From Podarcis cretensis (taxonomy: Eukaryota), in NCBI GenBank assembly GCA_951804945.1, contig OX638151.1, positions 60,512,001 to 60,576,000 of the forward strand: 64,000 nucleotides of DNA, given 5' to 3'. Below are positions 63,795-64,000 of the stretch, one piece after another (the stretch's first letter is position 1; every line of letters starts with the position of its first letter). The position numbers and the translations under genes were made by a program. The notes beneath the pieces were generated by a model, which was given only the letters and a program-made list of their open reading frames with translations, was not told the origin of the DNA and made no database searches.

Positions 63795-64000
63795 GTAAGA
63801 AAAGGTGTTGTTTCACAGCAACCAATAGGGGAAGTATACTATGTTGAGGTAGAGTGTAGAAAATGCAGTTATTAAGTGAGTAGAATGAAAATATTTTCAC
63901 TCCTGGGTAGTTGTTAAAATAAATGTCCAGCATTTCAGTACATTTTTATATTGGTAGTAATCCTTAAGATTTTTTTTTATTTTTTTGCAGGATAGATTGA

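Overview
Eukaryotic genomic DNA from a squamate reptile, probably a lacertid lizard (inferred from the Sauria-type SINEs, BovB, CR1, L2 and MITE families). Two genes lie head-to-head about 14 kb apart. GRM1 (metabotropic glutamate receptor 1) is on the - strand: a putative non-coding first exon at ~35990-36140, the first coding exon at 33477-34176, then an intron of more than 33 kb that fills the left half of the window. SHPRH (SNF2/H15/PHD/RING helicase E3 ligase) is on the + strand: a CpG-island first exon ending at 50644 and eight coding exons from 53305 to 63794, which I spliced by hand into one continuous frame; the gene runs off the right edge. The rest is intronic or intergenic DNA rich in transposon relics and microsatellites. 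I found no prokaryote-type system and no intact autonomous element. The best leads are regulatory or motif-level: two RE1/REST sites, a GRM1 leader whose upstream ATGs are all in frame with the receptor, a strong-Kozak uORF in SHPRH exon 1, tandem SIM-like motifs and an HCF-1-type EHDY motif in SHPRH, a GC-AG intron ending in a NAGNAG acceptor, a sense-strand (GAA)21 tract in the GRM1 intron, and several mechanistically informative transposon junctions. Repeat family names and comparisons with human come from memory, not from database searches.
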